NCBI GenBank assembly: GCA_051531975.1
Contig: JAOPTT010000002.1
Span: 313,968-377,967, forward strand
DNA from: Spirochaetaceae bacterium
GTDB lineage: Bacteria > Spirochaetota > Spirochaetia > DSM-2461
Direction: 5' to 3'
Length of the DNA stretch: 64,000 nucleotides
Positions 19,826 to 30,466 of this stretch are shown piece after piece. The notes beneath the pieces were generated by a model. The model was not told where the DNA came from, searched no databases, and saw only the letters and a program-made list of their open reading frames with translations. Position 1 is the stretch's first letter. Every line of letters starts with the position of its first letter. The translations under genes and the position numbers were made by a program.

Positions 19826-20842
19826 ATGGCATTTACACTTAGTATGCACCCATGGATTTATGTAGCAAAATATAGTGATGGATCTTGGTCACAAGAGTAT
19901 TTAAAAGAAGATGACTTTTCACGGTTCCCACTTGTTAATTACACAACACAATATGGTATGGGTTGTTTTGAAGGAGCAAAAGCATATCCACAAAAAGATG
20001 GTTCTATTAAAGCATTTAGACCCGATGAAAATGCCAAACGTATGTTTAACTCTATGGAGGGTCTCTTAATGCCAGGTTTAGATCCTAAAAAACTTGAAGC
20101 AGGTATTTTAGAAAGCACTAAACGGAACATGGAAACTGGAACACTTCCTATATATAATAAAGAATGGGAGAAAAATAACTTCCTAACAGCAGATGCTGTT
20201 TATATAAGACCTTTTTCATATGCTGAACCAGGAATAGGTTTAGGAGTGTGTGAAGAACCTTGGGTAATATCTGTTTCTACGAATGTAAGTGGATATTTTA
20301 AAGAGGGTATGCGAAACCGTGCAATTGTAACAGATAAAACTAGAGCAACTGCAGGTGGAACAGGATGGATTAAATGTGCATCTAACTATGTTATACCTAT
20401 ATTAGTTAAAAAGATTGCTGAGAGAGATGGTTATATGGAAGCTGTATTTTTAGATGCTATTGAAAAAAAGTATGTAGAAGAGGGCTCGAGCTGTAACATT
20501 TTCTTTAAAATGGCTAATGGTATTCTAGTAACTCCTGAACTTGGTGAAACAATTCTGCCTGGAATTACAAGAAAATCAGTTATTGAACTTGCAAAAGATA
20601 TGGGTGTTGTAGTTGAAGAGAGAAAAGTAACTATAGACGAAGTAATGGAGAATGCTGTTGAAACATTTGTAACAGGTACAGCTGCTGGTGTTAATCACTT
20701 TGAATCCCTAACCTATAAAGGAACAGAAAAAGTCTTTGGTGATGGTAACATAGGTGAACTAACAGAAAAACTTCAGAAAACATTAAAAGGTATCCAATAC
20801 GGGCTGATTGAAGATAAATTTAATTGGATGAAATCTATATAA
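19826..20842 (+). CDS. ilvE: Branched-chain amino acid aminotransferase
   Basis: QYGMGCFEGAKAY, FRPDENAKR, YIRPF, IKCASNY, EEGSSCNIF, ILPGITRKS, GTAA. Confidence 0.93.
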   Translation: MAFTLSMHPWIYVAKYSDGSWSQEYLKEDDFSRFPLVNYTTQYGMGCFEGAKAYPQKDGSIKAFRPDENAKRMFNSMEGLLMPGLDPKKLEAGILESTKRNMETGTLPIYNKEWEKNNFLTADAVYIRPFSYAEPGIGLGVCEEPWVISVSTNVSGYFKEGMRNRAIVTDKTRATAGGTGWIKCASNYVIPILVKKIAERDGYMEAVFLDAIEKKYVEEGSSCNIFFKMANGILVTPELGETILPGITRKSVIELAKDMGVVVEERKVTIDEVMENAVETFVTGTAAGVNHFESLTYKGTEKVFGDGNIGELTEKLQKTLKGIQYGLIEDKFNWMKSI

Positions 20843-20847
20843 AATAT

Positions 20848-23800
20848 CTATTCTTGATTTAGACTAGAAACAATACCTAGATTTAAATCTTTAAAATCTT
20901 TGGAGATGGAGTTATATAACATTAGTTCCATCTCTTTATCAGGGTATAAAATTGCCTTAGTGTTATAATATGCTAAATCTTTTAAACCAGACCTTATTAA
21001 AAAATCAGGATCTCTAGTTAAATAATCATACTTCTCTGTAGATTTTGTAAAAGCCATACCTACTTCTGGTAATGCCTTCTCTCCATATAGTTTATACAGA
21101 GTAACACCCATGTTGTTATATACTCTTATTGTGTTTTCAATAATGGCTAAATGAGCTTCATTCTCTTCTGGATATAATACTTCATGTTCATCTTCCTGTT
21201 TTTTAAGATATCTTAGATGCATGTTATAATATGTTAGGGCAGAACTATAACTACCTCGTTTTGATAAAGTATTAGCTTTTGCAAAAAGAATAGACTCACG
21301 GCTTACTCTAATGTCTTCAGCTTCATGAAATTCAAACAGAGCATCTTTTAAATTATCCTGCTGATAGTTAATGAATCCTTTTTTATATGATAACTCAGGA
21401 GTATTGTACATATTCTCTTCAGCTTTATTATATAGATTGTATGCGGAACTATAACTATTACCTGCATAATAAAAGATATCCCCATAATCAGCATAAATAG
21501 CGCCAAACTTCTCATCTGTTTCTACAAAGTTTCTATCTCTTAGGTTTTCATATAATGATACAGCACCTTGAAAGTTCTGTTCTGCAGCAAGGTATCTCTC
21601 TTCTTTAGAATAAAGTAGACCTAAAAGTCTTTTGGAGTCTACAAGGTATGCCAGCTCTTCTGCAGTTAAATGACCACCATATTCATAATAAAAAATAGCG
21701 TTTCTAGCAGCTTTCTCAACTTCCCTATCATTATCTATAGATTTAAAATATCGAGCTAATTGGTAGTGAAGGTTTGGATTTCTAGGATCATCTTTAATTC
21801 CTCTAAACAGTGTCTCACGTACATTCTCGACAATATCTTTATCCATTAAGTAACCAGCCATTCTAGCGTAGGAATCCCCTTCAACTTTAACTGATTCACT
21901 TATTTCGAACATTCGCCTATATGCTTGTACTTCTTTTAAATTATCTGTTGCAATAAAATAATTCAAAAACTTAAAAAGAACCCTAGGTTTTGGACCATGG
22001 GTAGTCATAGTCTCTGCATACCATAATCTAGCATCTTCATATCTTGCAGGGTCAACTTTACTCCACTGCATATATAAATCAGCTAATGTTTCCATTATAT
22101 CGTAATTTCTGTAACCGCGATCAATATATCCAATTAGAAAATTAGTTGCTTTCTCGTATTCGCCTTCATCAAACCCTTTCATTTGAGCGTAGGCTAATAT
22201 TGTGCCTAAATCAGTTGAGTTCTCATTTAAAATCTGAAGATATATTATTTCTGCAAATCCAAATGCTTTTCTTTGATGATAAGTATCTGCATATATATGA
22301 TACCATTTAGTCTTTCTGTGGGTATTAAAAGCTAATAAAAATTCATCGTAGGCTTCTTCATATTTATCTATTAATATTAATTCATGACCATTTTTATATA
22401 TTTGTTCTGACTTTAATATTTTATAACCCCAGAAATATCCAGCTAAATATAACAGTGCAAGAACAATAGTTATTGGAAAAATCCATTTTAATTTAGGTAA
22501 AACAGTATTCAATAATATGTAGGAAAATGTTAATTTCTTTTTTTCGAAGTCAGTTGCTGTTAGTTTTGCAAAGGATGAAGATATTTTAATTTTATGACCA
22601 AGTTTTTTATTTAAGTACTTAACAATTTCTTTTAATGTTGCATCTTCTATTAATAAATCTACTAATCCATCTAACTTTGAACCAAACAGTCCATTTTCAG
22701 CTATCTCTTCTTCAATGACTATTTTAACATTTAATGGTAATCCAACTAATGCTTTTTTAATATTATCAAATTCTTCCTGTGTATACTGTTTTTCTTGAGT
22801 TTCTTCTTCGACTTCAGGGGCATCGTCAGAAAACTCTTCTAAAACAATACTTGAGGAACTGTCTTCTTTATCAAAATTAAAACTATCCCCAAAGTCTCCT
22901 AATGAAAACTCGTCTGAATCATCATCTTCTAAGGCACCAAAGTCATCTTCTAATACTTCATCTTCAATTGATAATTCATCAAAGTCCATAGTATCAGTGG
23001 TCTCTTCTTCCATACCTATGTCATCTATATCTATCTCTTTAATACCATCATCACTTAAGGATTCTGGAGAGGTATCTAAATCTTCGTCGGAAAGTTCACC
23101 TAACTCCTCTAACTCAAATGGCTCATCTGTGTCAGAATTGCTAATATCATCTAGATTAAGGGGTTCATCACTACCGGTTGCAGTATCGTCGACCTCATCT
23201 AATCCATCAAGGTCAAGAAAGTCATCGGATACTGTATCTGTAGTTTCAAGATCATCTAAACCATCAAGGTCAAAAGAGTCTTCAGAATCAGTTTCTGCAA
23301 TATCAAGATCCTCTAAGGAGTCAATATCTAAGGATTCTGAATCTGAAGTTCCAAGATCATCTAAACCATCAAGGTCAAAAGAATCATCAGGTTCTGTATC
23401 TGTAGTTTCTGTCATATCAAGGTCATCTAAAGTATCAATGTCTAAGGATTCTGTTTCATCGACTGCAATATCATCTAATGCATCAAGATCAAAAGAGTCT
23501 TCAGGTTCTGTTTCAGTACTACCAATATCATCTAGATCTAAAGAGACGTCAGGTTCTGCATCTGTAATACCAAGATCATCTAAGGTATCAATATCTAAAG
23601 GGATTTCAGGTTCAATATTACCAAGGTCATCTAAACTTTCTATATCTAAGGAATTATCAGGTTCAACATCGGTATTACCAAGATCATCCAAGCCATCTAA
23701 ATTAAATGTATCTGCTGGAACAACCTCCGTATTATCTGATACATCAACATCATCTAAAGAAAAATCATCATCTATCTCTAAATCTGGAGCACCTATATCT

Positions 23801-24033
23801 AGGTCATCATCATCTGCTAACAGATCGTCATCATCAAAGAGATCAAGACCAGCAGTTAAGTCTGGAGTATCTGTATCGTCTAGATTTGCTAAAAATGGAT
23901 TTGCTTCGACAGGTGTCTTGTCTGGAACAACAGCTGGTTCAATTTCTTGACCACGTTTTTCTAACAGTTGGGGTTCATCCCCTAATGAGTTCAAAAGTTG
24001 TACGAATTTATCGATATTCTTTATACTTGGCAT
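20848..24033 (-). CDS. flcA: Periplasmic flagellar collar protein FlcA-like (acidic cytoplasmic repeats, one TM segment, TPR periplasmic domain)
   Basis: N-terminus MPSIKNIDKF...LGDEP...RGQE, about 370-aa D/E-rich region, one TM helix and TPR-like helices. This architecture matches spirochaete FlcA as recalled. Confidence 0.7.
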   Translation of the reverse strand: MPSIKNIDKFVQLLNSLGDEPQLLEKRGQEIEPAVVPDKTPVEANPFLANLDDTDTPDLTAGLDLFDDDDLLADDDDLDIGAPDLEIDDDFSLDDVDVSDNTEVVPADTFNLDGLDDLGNTDVEPDNSLDIESLDDLGNIEPEIPLDIDTLDDLGITDAEPDVSLDLDDIGSTETEPEDSFDLDALDDIAVDETESLDIDTLDDLDMTETTDTEPDDSFDLDGLDDLGTSDSESLDIDSLEDLDIAETDSEDSFDLDGLDDLETTDTVSDDFLDLDGLDEVDDTATGSDEPLNLDDISNSDTDEPFELEELGELSDEDLDTSPESLSDDGIKEIDIDDIGMEEETTDTMDFDELSIEDEVLEDDFGALEDDDSDEFSLGDFGDSFNFDKEDSSSSIVLEEFSDDAPEVEEETQEKQYTQEEFDNIKKALVGLPLNVKIVIEEEIAENGLFGSKLDGLVDLLIEDATLKEIVKYLNKKLGHKIKISSSFAKLTATDFEKKKLTFSYILLNTVLPKLKWIFPITIVLALLYLAGYFWGYKILKSEQIYKNGHELILIDKYEEAYDEFLLAFNTHRKTKWYHIYADTYHQRKAFGFAEIIYLQILNENSTDLGTILAYAQMKGFDEGEYEKATNFLIGYIDRGYRNYDIMETLADLYMQWSKVDPARYEDARLWYAETMTTHGPKPRVLFKFLNYFIATDNLKEVQAYRRMFEISESVKVEGDSYARMAGYLMDKDIVENVRETLFRGIKDDPRNPNLHYQLARYFKSIDNDREVEKAARNAIFYYEYGGHLTAEELAYLVDSKRLLGLLYSKEERYLAAEQNFQGAVSLYENLRDRNFVETDEKFGAIYADYGDIFYYAGNSYSSAYNLYNKAEENMYNTPELSYKKGFINYQQDNLKDALFEFHEAEDIRVSRESILFAKANTLSKRGSYSSALTYYNMHLRYLKKQEDEHEVLYPEENEAHLAIIENTIRVYNNMGVTLYKLYGEKALPEVGMAFTKSTEKYDYLTRDPDFLIRSGLKDLAYYNTKAILYPDKEMELMLYNSISKDFKDLNLGIVSSLNQE
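23150..23850 (-). repeat. Intragenic degenerate tandem repeats encoding (S)(F/L)D(L/I)Dx(L)DD(L/I) units
   Basis: Many 16-20-aa units; an exact 31-bp DNA repeat sits at 23247-23277 and 23352-23382. Confidence 0.85.
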
Positions 24034-24121
24034 AGTTCTATTATATTTTCGACCAATTTAAGAAAAACAAAAGAAATTCTTAATTTTTTTATATTGGTAC
24101 CGAAACTATAGTAACAGAATT

Positions 24122-24832
24122 ATGAAAAACCTTAAATATATTTTTTTTACAACTTTATTTTTTATCTCATTTACAGGGCTATTTGCAGCTGAACAAGAGG
24201 GAATACAGATTCCATCTCTTTCATTGCATATTAAAATAACAGAGATGTTAGAGAGTCAGGCTCCATTTATTATTGGTGAAAATCTAATATTTACCTATAA
24301 ACCATCTAAAAAAAGGGTTAGACATGTTGGAATATCCTTTGGGAATGAAAATTACTCCAAAATTCATAACCTATATAAAAATGAAAATGGTATCTATTTC
24401 TTTATATATAAATATCCAAAAGAAGAAAAAATTGAGTATAAATATATAGAAGATGGTGTCTGGATAACAGATAAAAAAGCTCAAATGAACTTTATTGATA
24501 ATAACTTCATCTCTTTATCATCATTTAAAATACCAGAAAAAAATATAAAAGAGCACATTTCACCTATAATTAATGGAAGTAGTGCTACATTTACAATAAA
24601 AGCAGAACCTGAAAGTTCAATATATTTAACTGGGGACTTTAATAGTTGGAATCCCTTCTTATATAAACTAAATGAAGAAAAGCCAGGTCTGTTCTCTATA
24701 ACAATTAGACTACCAGAGGGACAATATGGTTATTATTATATTTTAAATGGTGAAAGAACCTTAGATATTGAAAACCCTATTAAAGGCAGAAGTAACATTG
24801 GAGAGAAGGTATCTCTTTGCACAATAGAATAA
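24122..24832 (+). CDS. Secreted tandem CBM48/AMPK-type glycogen-binding domain protein
   Basis: Signal peptide; IYLTGDFNSWNP...LPEGQYGYYYILNGERTLDIENP; a second N-terminal copy ends YKYIEDGVWITD. Confidence 0.8.
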   Translation: MKNLKYIFFTTLFFISFTGLFAAEQEGIQIPSLSLHIKITEMLESQAPFIIGENLIFTYKPSKKRVRHVGISFGNENYSKIHNLYKNENGIYFFIYKYPKEEKIEYKYIEDGVWITDKKAQMNFIDNNFISLSSFKIPEKNIKEHISPIINGSSATFTIKAEPESSIYLTGDFNSWNPFLYKLNEEKPGLFSITIRLPEGQYGYYYILNGERTLDIENPIKGRSNIGEKVSLCTIE

Positions 24833-25476
24833 AACATATTATTTTCGATGTAGATAAAACGATCTATCCAGAATCATGTGGTTTTGGAGATGAAATGGAT
24901 AGGTTAATTAGCGAATATACTTCATCATTCATCAATATTGATCTAGATAGTGCGAATAAGTTACGAAAAGGTTCTGTTAAGAATTATGGAACAACACTTA
25001 GATGGTTACAAAAAGAACATGGGTTAATTGATACAGACCACTATTTAGATTTTGTCCACCCAATAGATGTTGAAAACTACCTTCCTAATAAACAACAAAT
25101 CCATGATACTTTTCACGGTATGAATATACCAATGTCTATATTATCCAATGGTCCAATAGAAAATGTAGATAGAGTTTTACATTTTTACAACATTAAACAT
25201 CTTTTTAACCCAATAATTGATATAAAAATGAATAATCTTAAAGGAAAGCCCTATATCCAGGTCTATGAAAAAATTGTAAAACAGATTAACCTTCCAATAA
25301 ATCAGATTCTATTTGTTGACGATGTAGAAGATTATCTATTACCTTTTTATGATATGGGTGGTAACGTTTTACTAGTTAATGAAACATCGAAAACTACAAA
25401 AATGGGATTTGATCAGATAAAAACAATAACTGAGCTTAAGGAGTATTTACATGTCAATTATGGACCTACACGGTGA
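24817..25476 (+). CDS. HAD hydrolase, pyrimidine 5'-nucleotidase-like
   Basis: IFDVDKTIYP, YGTTLRWL, LSNG, KP, FVDD. Confidence 0.85.
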   Translation: MHNRIKHIIFDVDKTIYPESCGFGDEMDRLISEYTSSFINIDLDSANKLRKGSVKNYGTTLRWLQKEHGLIDTDHYLDFVHPIDVENYLPNKQQIHDTFHGMNIPMSILSNGPIENVDRVLHFYNIKHLFNPIIDIKMNNLKGKPYIQVYEKIVKQINLPINQILFVDDVEDYLLPFYDMGGNVLLVNETSKTTKMGFDQIKTITELKEYLHVNYGPTR

Positions 25477-26335
25477 TCTTGTTGCAAAATTAGTTGCAAA
25501 TGATACAGGAGATAATGAATTCAGACCAGATAACGTATTACAACAGGGAAATCCAAAAAATAGAGCGATAATTTCAAAACTTTTAGATGGACTATTATTA
25601 AAAGGTAGTAGAATAGATGGAGCAGAGAACATAGAAGAGTTATTTGAACTTTCTAAATCTGGTAAATCATGTCTATTTTTAATGGAGCACTACAGTAACT
25701 TCGACTACCCTCTTTTATATAAAATGATAGAAGATAATTTAAAGGCCAATGCTGAGGATATGTTTCCTATGGCCGGTATGAAATTAACAGAAACAGATGA
25801 CAAAGTTTCAGCTTTTTCTAATGCTTACACTAAAATTGTTATATACCCAAGTAAAGGTATAGAGAATGAAACAGATCCAGAAAAACAGAAAGAGATGAGA
25901 GCTTTTAGTGCTCCTTTTAACTTAGCTGCAATGAAGGCTCTAACCAAGAGTAAAAATAGTGGTAAAGTTGTACTTGTATTTCCTGCAGGAACAAGAGTAA
26001 GACCATGGAGTCCCGATTCTAGAAAGGGTGTTAGAGAGATGTTCTCTTATATAAAGACTTTTGACTATATCTGTTTTGTTGGTAAAAATGGGAATATTCT
26101 TCCTCCCCACGAGAGTGATGACATGGAAATGGATATGCCTACTAAAGATTTAGTAATATTAACTGCGGAAAAACCTATAAGAGGTAGAGCCTATGTTAAA
26201 TCTATTTTAGAAAATCTCCCGGAAGGTGAAGAGCAGAAACAATATGTTGTAAGCCAAGTTATGAATCATCTATTTGAGTTACATGATAAAGTAGAACCTA
26301 ACAGATTAAAAGAAAAAGAGTCTCTTAAGGTCTAA
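25451..26335 (+). CDS. Glycerol-3-phosphate/lysophospholipid acyltransferase (soluble type)
   Basis: Catalytic HxxxxD (EHYSNFD) and VFPAGTR. Confidence 0.85.
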   Translation: MSIMDLHGDLVAKLVANDTGDNEFRPDNVLQQGNPKNRAIISKLLDGLLLKGSRIDGAENIEELFELSKSGKSCLFLMEHYSNFDYPLLYKMIEDNLKANAEDMFPMAGMKLTETDDKVSAFSNAYTKIVIYPSKGIENETDPEKQKEMRAFSAPFNLAAMKALTKSKNSGKVVLVFPAGTRVRPWSPDSRKGVREMFSYIKTFDYICFVGKNGNILPPHESDDMEMDMPTKDLVILTAEKPIRGRAYVKSILENLPEGEEQKQYVVSQVMNHLFELHDKVEPNRLKEKESLKV

Positions 26336-27236
26336 AACTTAGTTCCTGGAAGGCTATTTTATAGCCTTCTAGTTCTAAAAAGTGTATAAGCCATGAACTT
26401 TCACCCTGGCAATTAACAGTAAAATCTTTAAAATCCCCATCTTTAAATTGTGTTAAAACCCTGTTTAGTAACATTTTACCAATACCTAAACCTCTAAATT
26501 CAGGTTCAACATATAACTGTAATAGTTCCATTCCAGAGAATGAATCACATAATGTATAACCAGTAGCCCAAACAAAACCAGCATTATCCCCTAATGGAGT
26601 TTTAGCAACAGTTATAAAGTCAGCTTCAAACATTGTTAAATTAAGCATTTCATCTCTTTTTTTTAGATAGATCTCATCAATAACAACTTTAGGGTAGTGG
26701 GAATAGAGTTCATTGAATCCCTTCTTGTCAGAATCTAAAATATATTCCAGATCAATGCTGCATCCATCAGTTATATTAAAATCAAAATTTAGTAGATCTT
26801 GGTCATCTTCTAAATCATCTTGAGTAAGACTTTCTAGTCCCGCATACTCACGAATTTGATTATACCAATTAAGGACTTTTGATTTAATTTGCTCTTTTTT
26901 AAAGTTGTACCACATTTTTTGGATATCGGGACTACTTTTTAAGGTGTTTTTAAATTTCCTAAAAACACCATGACCTGAATTTAATACTATTACTAATTCA
27001 TCTTTTAAAATTAGGTTTTTTAAGCCGGAAACAAAATCATTCATTATTCTAAAACCTTCCACTGGTCCCCATTTTGGAAGTGGATATGTATTATTAGAAT
27101 CATAGTTATCAGGTGTTACTTCATCATCATATAAAATTTCACCAGAACTTATGACGACAAAAGCATCCTTATTTTGATTTTCCATATTATATAAAATTTC
27201 ATTTAATTTTGAGCTATCAAGTTTAAAAACGTCCAT
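26325..27236 (-). CDS. UPF0158 domain fused to a GNAT acetyltransferase
   Basis: N-terminal LPKWGPVEGFRIMNDFV...GHGVFRKFKNTL (UPF0158); C-terminal LYVEPEFRGLGIGKMLL (GNAT motif A). Confidence 0.85.
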   Translation of the reverse strand: MDVFKLDSSKLNEILYNMENQNKDAFVVISSGEILYDDEVTPDNYDSNNTYPLPKWGPVEGFRIMNDFVSGLKNLILKDELVIVLNSGHGVFRKFKNTLKSSPDIQKMWYNFKKEQIKSKVLNWYNQIREYAGLESLTQDDLEDDQDLLNFDFNITDGCSIDLEYILDSDKKGFNELYSHYPKVVIDEIYLKKRDEMLNLTMFEADFITVAKTPLGDNAGFVWATGYTLCDSFSGMELLQLYVEPEFRGLGIGKMLLNRVLTQFKDGDFKDFTVNCQGESSWLIHFLELEGYKIAFQELSFRP

Positions 27237-28939
27237 TAATTATTACTCTCTCTTGATTTAATACTATTATATGTCTCTTCAATTTTATCTAAGTCCACCA
27301 GCCATTTTTCTCTATCTTTTCTAGTACAAAATTCAACTTTTCCATCTTCGATATATCTCTTTGATACTACAATTCTTAATGGTATTCCAAGAAGTTCGGC
27401 ATCTCTAAATTTTACACCCACAGATTCGTCACGATCGTCAAACAGAACAACTTTACCTAGCATTTCTATAACTCTATTTGTCAAGTCGTTCACTAAATCC
27501 GATTTACCGATAGAAATTAGAAAAACCTTAAAAGGAGCTAAAGCCCAGGGCCAAACTATACCTTTATCATCTCTATTTTTATCAACAACGGCTTGAATCA
27601 ATCGTCCCATACCTATTCCGTATGAGCCCATAAAAGGATGTTTTTGCCTGCCGAGATCATCCTGATAATTCAAGTTCATCCTTTTAGTATAATAATCATC
27701 TAATTTAAATATATTACCAACTTCTAAACATCTTGTTTCAATTAAAGGTTCTCCACACTGAAAACATAGATCATTAGCTTTTACATTTGTTATATCATGA
27801 ACTAATCCAGTACTAAAATCCACACCAAAGTTTACATTTACAAAAGAGTGACCCTCTTCATTTGCCCCAAAGACTAAGTTTGGAGTATTTGCTATAGAAT
27901 CATCAATTATTATTTCTATATCTAGATCACTTGATAAGTTTACTGGGGAGAAATAACCAGAGACAAGTCCAACCTCTTCAACTTCCTCTTTTGTTGCTTT
28001 TCTTGTTATGTTATCACCAAGTATTTCTGAGAGCTTATGCAAAGAAACTCCATAATCGGCTCTAACAACTGCCATTACCAAACCTTTTTGCTTCTTAAAA
28101 ATAACACACTTAGCAAGTTTCCTTTTGGGGAGATCAAAAAACTCAGCTAATTTTTCCATATTAATGGCACCTGGAGTTGCGATCTTACTCATAAAAAGTA
28201 TGTCATCTTGATAATATTCTTTTACTCCAACGGCAATTTTCTTTTTGGCACTATACTCACAATTAGGACAAGTAATAACTAAATCTTTACCATGTTCCGA
28301 TGGTGTTAAGAATTCGTATGCTTTAGAACCACCCATGAAACCTACAGCTGATTCAGCTGAAATAACATCTAGATTACATGTCTTAAAAATATGCATATAT
28401 GCCGCATGCATCTGAGGGAAAAAGTTATTTAAGTCAGAATAGGATCGGTGAAATGAGTACCCATCATTCATTATAAACTCTTTACTTCTTAAAAGTGATG
28501 CCCTAGGTCTCTCTTCATCTCTAAATTTAGTCTGAAACTGATATAAAAAAAATGGCAGATCTTTGTATGAATTAAAAGCAGTTCGTGCTAACTCTACAAA
28601 TGCCTCTTCGTGGGTAGGGGACAGAACATAATTTTTCCCAGTTCTGTCTTTAAATCTTAGCATCTCACGATCGATAAGATCAGCTCGGCCACTAGTTTCC
28701 CATAAATCAGCAGGATTTACTAAAGGGACTAATACTTCCTCTCCACCTAGAGTATTCAATTCTAGCCTAATAACTTTCTTTAATTTATTGTAAACACGCA
28801 TTCCTAAAGGTAAGAATGAATATAAACCTTTCCCTAAAGTTCTAAAATAACCACCTTGAACAAGTAAGGCCCAGGCTTTGTCTTTTTTCTTAGAAGAGGG
28901 GAATTTATAACTTTTTCCGAACAACATGGAGTATCTCAT
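27236..28939 (-). CDS. proS: Proline--tRNA ligase, bacterial type with INS editing domain (divergent)
   Basis: LSPTHEE, YQFQTKFRDEERPR, EVGNIF, MGSYGIG, anticodon domain DDRDESVGVKFRDAELLGIP. Confidence 0.88.
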   Translation of the reverse strand: MRYSMLFGKSYKFPSSKKKDKAWALLVQGGYFRTLGKGLYSFLPLGMRVYNKLKKVIRLELNTLGGEEVLVPLVNPADLWETSGRADLIDREMLRFKDRTGKNYVLSPTHEEAFVELARTAFNSYKDLPFFLYQFQTKFRDEERPRASLLRSKEFIMNDGYSFHRSYSDLNNFFPQMHAAYMHIFKTCNLDVISAESAVGFMGGSKAYEFLTPSEHGKDLVITCPNCEYSAKKKIAVGVKEYYQDDILFMSKIATPGAINMEKLAEFFDLPKRKLAKCVIFKKQKGLVMAVVRADYGVSLHKLSEILGDNITRKATKEEVEEVGLVSGYFSPVNLSSDLDIEIIIDDSIANTPNLVFGANEEGHSFVNVNFGVDFSTGLVHDITNVKANDLCFQCGEPLIETRCLEVGNIFKLDDYYTKRMNLNYQDDLGRQKHPFMGSYGIGMGRLIQAVVDKNRDDKGIVWPWALAPFKVFLISIGKSDLVNDLTNRVIEMLGKVVLFDDRDESVGVKFRDAELLGIPLRIVVSKRYIEDGKVEFCTRKDREKWLVDLDKIEETYNSIKSRESNN

Positions 28940-28945
28940 GCCATA

Positions 28946-28974
28946 ATTCTAATTGTTCTTAGTGGTTCTGGCAA
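28946..28974 (-). promoter_or_regulatory. sigma70 promoter of proS (leaderless geometry)
   Basis: TTGCCA (28974-28969), 17 nt, TAGAAT (28951-28946), 6 nt, ATG; no SD. Confidence 0.75.
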
Positions 28975-29084
28975 GAATAGTTATTATATTATCTATTTAA
29001 TTAACATTTAACTTGACCTTTACCTCTATTTTAATCATATTTTATAGTAATAATATTATAAATAATTTTTTAGGAGAAATATAA

Positions 29085-30380
<1,296 letters not shown>

Positions 30381-30414
30381 TAATTAGTATAGATTACTGT
30401 ACTTTTAATTAACC

Positions 30415-30445
30415 AAGGGCTACTATTTAATTATAGTAGCCTTTT
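30415..30445 (+). terminator. Terminator after eno
   Basis: GGCTACTAT-ttaatt-ATAGTAGCC followed by TTTT. Confidence 0.8.
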
Positions 30446-30466
30446 CTATTTATAAGGAGTAAATAA

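Noticed and set aside
22997..23950. 317-aa Ser-rich ORF on the + strand
   Set aside because: Antisense shadow of the Asp-rich flcA repeats, which lack stops in that frame.
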